The translations under genes and the position numbers were made by a program. Shown here piece by piece: positions 27,389 through 32,000 of a DNA stretch of 32,000 nucleotides; the stretch's first letter is position 1; each line of letters starts with the position of its first letter. Origin of the DNA: Candidatus Thorarchaeota archaeon (GTDB taxonomy: Archaea > Asgardarchaeota > Heimdallarchaeia > Hodarchaeales > Hodarchaeaceae); assembly GCA_048882505.1 (NCBI GenBank), contig JBHLRO010000007.1, positions 90,001-122,000 on the forward strand, given 5' to 3'. The notes below the pieces were generated by a model that worked only from the letters and a program-made list of their open reading frames with translations, had not been told where the DNA came from and ran no database searches.

Positions 27389-27416
27389 ATAATTAGTAGA
27401 AAATGGTAGAATCCCT

Positions 27417-27851
27417 ATGACTGAAGCACAAACCCTATCTATGCAAAGTAGATTTGAACCCAAGATCATTGTGTTCGCCTGCAACTGGTGTTCATATGCA
27501 GGCGCCGACATGGCAGGTGTCTCCCGTTTTACATATCCAGTAAATGTCCGTATCGTTCGAGTTATGTGTACAGGACGGATCGACCCGTCGTTTATTATTA
27601 AAGCATATCTGGACGGCGCAGATGGGGTACTTGTTGCAGGTTGTCATCCAGGGGATTGCCATTATCTTGAAGGAAATCTACGAGCTAAGAAACGTATAGA
27701 CAATACGTTAGAAGTGTTGAAAATTCTTGGATGGGAAGTAGATCGATTAAGATTGGAATGGATATCAGCTAGTGAGGGCAAGCGTTTCTCCCAAGTGATG
27801 ACTCAATTCACTGATCAGGTTCGGGCGCTTGGAGCAATTTCCCTTGAATAA
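27417..27851 (+). CDS. mvhD: MvhD-type [2Fe-2S] hydrogenase/Hdr iron-sulfur subunit
   Basis: FACNWCSYAGAD, RVMCTGRID, GCHPGDCHY, LEWISASEG. Confidence 0.95.
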   Translation: MTEAQTLSMQSRFEPKIIVFACNWCSYAGADMAGVSRFTYPVNVRIVRVMCTGRIDPSFIIKAYLDGADGVLVAGCHPGDCHYLEGNLRAKKRIDNTLEVLKILGWEVDRLRLEWISASEGKRFSQVMTQFTDQVRALGAISLE

Positions 27852-28065
27852 GTCCCAACTGTTCTTTTATATCCATGGTTTTTAATGGAAGAAATCATTT
27901 TTCGAAGAAATATCTTCTAAATACTTTCAAAAGAAATCAAAGGATGCGAAGTACAATCGCTTTCGCTTGGTTCTTCTCTTTTATTAGAGACTTTGCTCGT
28001 CAAAAACAATGGAACTGAATGATGCCGTCTTTGAAAGTCTTTATTGCTATGTGGTGTTCATAAAG

Positions 28066-29526
28066 ATGCGTATACTCCTTGTTGTTCCTCCTGGTTTGGA
28101 TGGGAATTATATTACCAAGTATCACGCTTCTTCTTTTCTGAATTTCACTGCACCCCCTTTGGGGCTGGCCTACATTGCCGCCGTGTTAGAAAAAAACGGT
28201 TATGACCCTCAAATATTAGATTGCAAGGCACTAGGATTAACTTTTCAAGAATATAGGCGCTTCGTAAAACGAATAGATCCTGATTTCGTTGGGATACAAG
28301 TTTTAACCGTCAATATCTATGATGCATTACGATCGGCCCAAATCTCAAAGGAAGAAGGAGTCAACTACGTGGCATTTGGAGGATATCACCCAACAAATAT
28401 GCCCGAAGAATGTCTTGAAATGAGTAATGGTAATGTAGATGTTGTATTTCGTGGTGAAAGCGAATACTCCATTCTTGAATTCGTAAATTGCATTGAAAAT
28501 GGCAAAAACTGGCACGAAGTCCCCGGAATATCCTATAAAAGTGGGAAAAGCGGAGACACTGAAGTAATAAAACATAATCCCCAACCTCCATTAATCAAAG
28601 ACATCGATAGTTTGCCTTTCCCAGCCCGACATTTGCTCCCTATGGATCGTTATCGCGTCTTTGGTACGTCCTTTCCAGCTACTACCTTGGTTACTTCACG
28701 TGGTTGTCCGTATAAATGCGATTTTTGTGCCGTTACCGCTTTTTATAATGCACGATGGCGACCCAGATCACCTCAAAATATTAGAGAAGAGATGGAACTG
28801 ATACGTGATGATTTTGATCTAAAAGCGGTTGCCTTTGTCGATGACCTCTTCTTCATGTCCAGAAAACGGATCAATCGAATTTGTGAGGAGTTTCTTCGAG
28901 AAAAATTGGATGTTTACTGGGGAGCAACCACCAGGCCCGAAAAAAGCGATTTAGAGCATTTGAGTTTGATGAGAAAGGCGGGATGCAGACTTGTGTTTGT
29001 TGGAGTGGAGTCAGGCGATCAGACCATCCTAGATAACATCACAAAGGACACCACTGTTTCTCAAATTGAAAAATTCTTTGTAAACATTAAAAAATCAAGA
29101 ATGGATTCGTTAGCATCCGTCTCTTTTGGTTTTCCAGGGGAGACCCGTGAAACAGTGATAAATACCGTTAATTGGGTTACTGATGTCTTGGACCCTTCCC
29201 TTGCGGTCTTTACCGTCGCGACGCCGTATCCTGGAACGCGATTCTATCATCAAGCTTTAGCAGAAGGCTGGATCAAGGAAAAAGATTACAGTAAATATAA
29301 CTTATTTACTCCTGTCATGGATACTACCGGATTAACCCGCGAAGAACTAAAAGAACTCACCAAATGGGCTTACAAGAAGTTTTATCTTCGCGTAAGCAAA
29401 GCTATGCAGAACACAGCTCGTGAATTTCGATATTCACTTGAGAGTTATGGTCTTAGAATGTTTTTGAAGAATTCTATTTTCTTTGCAAAAGGCCTTGTGA
29501 ATATGCGGCAGATCGCTGCCCTGTAA
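28066..29526 (+). CDS. B12-binding-domain radical SAM protein (class B methyltransferase-like)
   Basis: PPLGLAYIAAVL, GGYHPT, TSRGCPYKCDFC, GVESG, GFPGET, TPYPGT. ATG 28066 with GTGGTG RBS (track start 28009). Confidence 0.93.
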   Translation: MRILLVVPPGLDGNYITKYHASSFLNFTAPPLGLAYIAAVLEKNGYDPQILDCKALGLTFQEYRRFVKRIDPDFVGIQVLTVNIYDALRSAQISKEEGVNYVAFGGYHPTNMPEECLEMSNGNVDVVFRGESEYSILEFVNCIENGKNWHEVPGISYKSGKSGDTEVIKHNPQPPLIKDIDSLPFPARHLLPMDRYRVFGTSFPATTLVTSRGCPYKCDFCAVTAFYNARWRPRSPQNIREEMELIRDDFDLKAVAFVDDLFFMSRKRINRICEEFLREKLDVYWGATTRPEKSDLEHLSLMRKAGCRLVFVGVESGDQTILDNITKDTTVSQIEKFFVNIKKSRMDSLASVSFGFPGETRETVINTVNWVTDVLDPSLAVFTVATPYPGTRFYHQALAEGWIKEKDYSKYNLFTPVMDTTGLTREELKELTKWAYKKFYLRVSKAMQNTAREFRYSLESYGLRMFLKNSIFFAKGLVNMRQIAAL

Positions 29527-29622
29527 CCCAAATCAGATCCTTTCTAAGGATTTTTGAATCTTACCTGAAACTTTGCATGTTATGGGCAAAAATAGCTTGA
29601 TTTAAGGGGACTTGATTACCAG

Positions 29623-30093
29623 ATGAACCGTTTGCTCTGTAATAATATGCTCAATTACCTGATATGGGCGGATCAAAAGGTTTTTGTGTTTATAGATCAA
29701 CTAAATGAAAAGGCACTCGATTTTAGATTACAACCAAACGGAATTTCTATCCGAGAAACCTTGATTCATATTGCAGAGGATCATTGGGAATGGTACCAGG
29801 ACTTACGTAAAAACTATGACAAGAATATCCCGAATTTCCGAAAAATGACTCCAAATGCGCTGAGGGATCGTATTTTTAAAAATAATGCGAGATGGCTAGA
29901 GATCTTTAACAATCCCTCACAAGAATCATGGATAATAACCCGAAACGGGAAGAACAGAACTATGTCGATTGATGAGCTTGTTTTTCACATTTGCAATCAT
30001 GCTACCTATCATCGTGGCCAATTAGCGATGAAATTGCGTTTATTGGGTAAAGATATCCCCTATCTCGATTATGTACCTTATAGATTCGAGTGA
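29623..30093 (+). CDS. DinB/YfiT-family protein
   Basis: SIRETLIHI and FHICNHATYHRGQL His motifs. Confidence 0.9.
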   Translation: MNRLLCNNMLNYLIWADQKVFVFIDQLNEKALDFRLQPNGISIRETLIHIAEDHWEWYQDLRKNYDKNIPNFRKMTPNALRDRIFKNNARWLEIFNNPSQESWIITRNGKNRTMSIDELVFHICNHATYHRGQLAMKLRLLGKDIPYLDYVPYRFE

Positions 30094-30151
30094 TCATTAT
30101 TCTCCTTCTCATAGCAGAAGCTAGGGACTTCTTCGGAAGAGTCGTGTTTTG

Positions 30152-30490
30152 ATGGATACTTCTGGATGGCAAGCTGATCTTCTGTTATCTGCACTGGAAA
30201 AGAAAGAAAACACTTAGGAAAGTGATCCAAATCGAGAATTCCAATCACCCTCTAGCATGGCGAGAAAGATCAACGAGTCCCATTAACCAGTGCATTGCAA
30301 TTGTTTGGGCCCTTAAACTGAAGGGCGTTGAAGTTTTCTGTTTGTTTATCCAGATATGGGGTATGGTTGGTTAAATCCCCGCGAAAACTACGCTATATTG
30401 GTTCAAAACTATCGATGGTTTGTATATCGTCTCCTTAGCGAAGAACTCGACTTCTACAAGGATGATGAAAGTATTCCCCTGGAATCCTGA
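30152..30490 (+). pseudogene. Possible decayed gene (protein-like fragments in two frames)
   Basis: Fragments MDTSGWQADLLLSALEKKE and YPDMGYGWLNPRENYAILVQNYRWFVYRLLSEELDFY lie in one frame, separated by four stops and bridged by an open alternative frame; family not recognised. Confidence 0.25.
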
Positions 30491-30541
30491 GGTAATTTAT
30501 GAGATCGCAAGGTATCGCAATAGATTAGGATGTAGCTCATC

Positions 30542-30573
30542 GATAGGATGAAACTGCGATTGATAATCCTATC
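30542..30573. terminator. Inverted repeat GATAGGAT-N16-ATCCTATC just past the FNR-like stop
   Basis: 8-bp stem 15 nt downstream of the minus-strand gene end; may simply be chance. Confidence 0.3.
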
Positions 30574-30587
30574 CCTAGCAACTAGTG

Positions 30588-31394
30588 TTAATCCCACCTT
30601 TCTTTCTTTATTCGCTTCTTATTTACTCCGATATCACAGATGTGTTTAATCATTCCGGCAACGAAGGCGGGAGTCCCGCATAAGTAAAACATTGACTTAT
30701 CTATGTCGAAATTTGCTTTATTTAGTTCATTTCTAATATCTTCTAAACCAAATCTCCCTCGAGAACCAGCCCAAGCTGAATTTTCATCTTCTCTAGTTAA
30801 AGTAATCACTAATCTAGCGTCTCTTGTTCCTTGGACGAGTTTAGGAAGTTCTTCTTCGAAAATGATATCTTTTTGCGTCCTGCAGGAATAGAAAAGCGTA
30901 ACTTTGTTAGGTAGTTCGTTATCATGGATGTATTCCAAAATACACTTTAGAGGAGTAACCCCTGAACCACCACCAAACATGAAAAGCTGTTCGCTTTCTG
31001 GATTTCCCGGTTCCCATACAAAATTGCCATAAGGACCTCGAAACGGTATTTCATCCCCGACTTTGCGATCATTTAACCACTTGCTAACAGTTGGTTCTTC
31101 GGTTTGTCGAACCGTTAGATCGAAATATCCTCCCTCTTTCATAGCACGTGTTGGAGAAGAACTTATCGAATATGCTCGAGGGATAATTTTGTCATGTTGT
31201 TCAATATAGGGACGAACCATGACAAATTGTCCCGGATTAAATCTAAAAGGAGCCTGGTCTTCAGTTAGTGAGGGGGTCACAATCCGTATAGTTTGAGTGT
31301 CTGGCGTTTCCCTTATCATCTCTGTCACAATCCCCACAGTATCAACCATATATCTAGGTTTCTTTTTTATTGGTTTTGTTACTGTAGTTGTCAT
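30588..31394 (-). CDS. Ferredoxin-NAD(P)+ reductase-like FAD-binding oxidoreductase
   Basis: FNPGQF, RAYSISS, VSKWL, GPYGNF, GGGSGVTP, YLCGTP and C-terminal aromatic ERWD. Confidence 0.92.
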   Translation of the reverse strand: MTTTVTKPIKKKPRYMVDTVGIVTEMIRETPDTQTIRIVTPSLTEDQAPFRFNPGQFVMVRPYIEQHDKIIPRAYSISSSPTRAMKEGGYFDLTVRQTEEPTVSKWLNDRKVGDEIPFRGPYGNFVWEPGNPESEQLFMFGGGSGVTPLKCILEYIHDNELPNKVTLFYSCRTQKDIIFEEELPKLVQGTRDARLVITLTREDENSAWAGSRGRFGLEDIRNELNKANFDIDKSMFYLCGTPAFVAGMIKHICDIGVNKKRIKKERWD

Positions 31395-31427
31395 CTATTC
31401 GACGCTTCCCATGAAAAAATCCTAAGA

Positions 31428-31748
31428 TTACTCTATATCAAGTTTCTCAACGATAGTATCAATGAGGCGCTGTTCATGTGCCGTTATTACTCCATTAGCT
31501 TTTGCCTGTTCTATCACTGAATCGATCACAGGTCGCAGCAATTGATGCATGACATCATAGAAATCCTTGTCGTCCATCGGCGCCTCAAGAGTCTGCATAA
31601 CCTGAGGTTCTAACTTTAACTTCCATTCTCCCAACTTATCAATTATTGCTTTTTCTTCTGGGGAAATGGTTCCCCAGCTTTTCGCGATCTCAAAACATGA
31701 ATCTATTGTCAATTCTAAAATTGCAAGGATCTCAGATTTTTTTCTCAA
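31428..31748 (-). CDS. Small helical hypothetical protein with TerB-like C-terminal motif
   Basis: TTG start with GGTGA RBS; NGVITAHEQRLI resembles the DG-x-I-x-x-x-E motif. Confidence 0.7.
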   Translation of the reverse strand: MRKKSEILAILELTIDSCFEIAKSWGTISPEEKAIIDKLGEWKLKLEPQVMQTLEAPMDDKDFYDVMHQLLRPVIDSVIEQAKANGVITAHEQRLIDTIVEKLDIE

Positions 31749-31908
31749 AGTCTCACCAGCTTAAACTAAATTAATATCCTACGAAGTTATACTTGAGTAC
31801 GGAGATGTCTCTCTCTATCATTTCGTTTCTGATTGCGGTTTTAATAACCTTTTATGCGTGGACAGGAGTTGATTTAAAATCATGATTTAGTGAAGTTCGG
31901 GATTACCC

Positions 31909-32000
31909 TTGGATATAATTCCTTTAGCTGCTGAATCACTTGGGACTAGGGCGACATGTATGCTCATCCACACTGAGGATCAGGTTATTCTATTTGATCC
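31909..32000 (+). CDS. UPF0282-like archaeal MBL-fold protein, N-terminus only (truncated by window)
   Basis: Hand translation from TTG 31909 gives MDIIPLAAESLGTRATCMLIHTEDQVILFDP, matching the family N-terminus (IIPLAAESLG-x-R...DP) as I recall it. Confidence 0.75.
   Translation, partial: MDIIPLAAESLGTRATCMLIHTEDQVILFD

Noticed and set aside
649-31520. Short ORFs in the track nested in or antisense to long genes (e.g. 649-870, 2427-2699, 2808-3125, 14590-14997, 18354-18680, 22716-23006, 31293-31520)
   Set aside because: They are shadows of well-supported genes and show no motifs of their own.
1-32000. CRISPR array, tRNA, rRNA or integrase
   Set aside because: No regularly spaced repeats, cloverleaf or rRNA signatures, or recombinase motifs were seen on manual reading; a tRNAscan/Infernal run would be definitive.

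Overview
Gene-dense archaeal chromosome segment of roughly 40% GC by eye. It has archaeal TATA boxes, GGAGG/GGTGA-type RBSs and frequent GTG/TTG starts. An Arf/Sar-like small GTPase, a non-methanogen Hdr operon and several acidic orphan proteins suggest an Asgard archaeon (Heimdallarchaeia-like); this is inference, as no marker gene is present. Content in order: a truncated large GNAT protein, a hypothetical protein, a small GTPase, an aldo/keto reductase, uvrB, a hypothetical protein, lpdA, a wHTH regulator with a coupled unknown gene, a divergent heavy-metal/organometal locus (HMA protein, CopZ-N-like Zn/[2Fe-2S] protein, MerB-like lyase and MBL hydrolase opposite a CmtR-type ArsR), CBS-korA-korB-Zn-ribbon/CBS, an MFS transporter fused to a degenerate Old Yellow Enzyme domain, gcvH divergent from hdrC-hdrB-hdrD-like-hdrA-mvhD, a B12 radical SAM protein, a DinB protein, an FNR-like reductase, a small helical protein and the start of a UPF0282-like MBL protein. 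I saw no rRNA, tRNA, CRISPR array or IS element. The strongest candidates for undescribed biology are (1) the MFS-pseudo-OYE fusion, (2) the MerA-less MerB/CopZ-N/HMA/CmtR locus and (3) a possible lipoyl(GcvH)-coupled Hdr complex. All family calls come from motif reading and memory; no searches were run.
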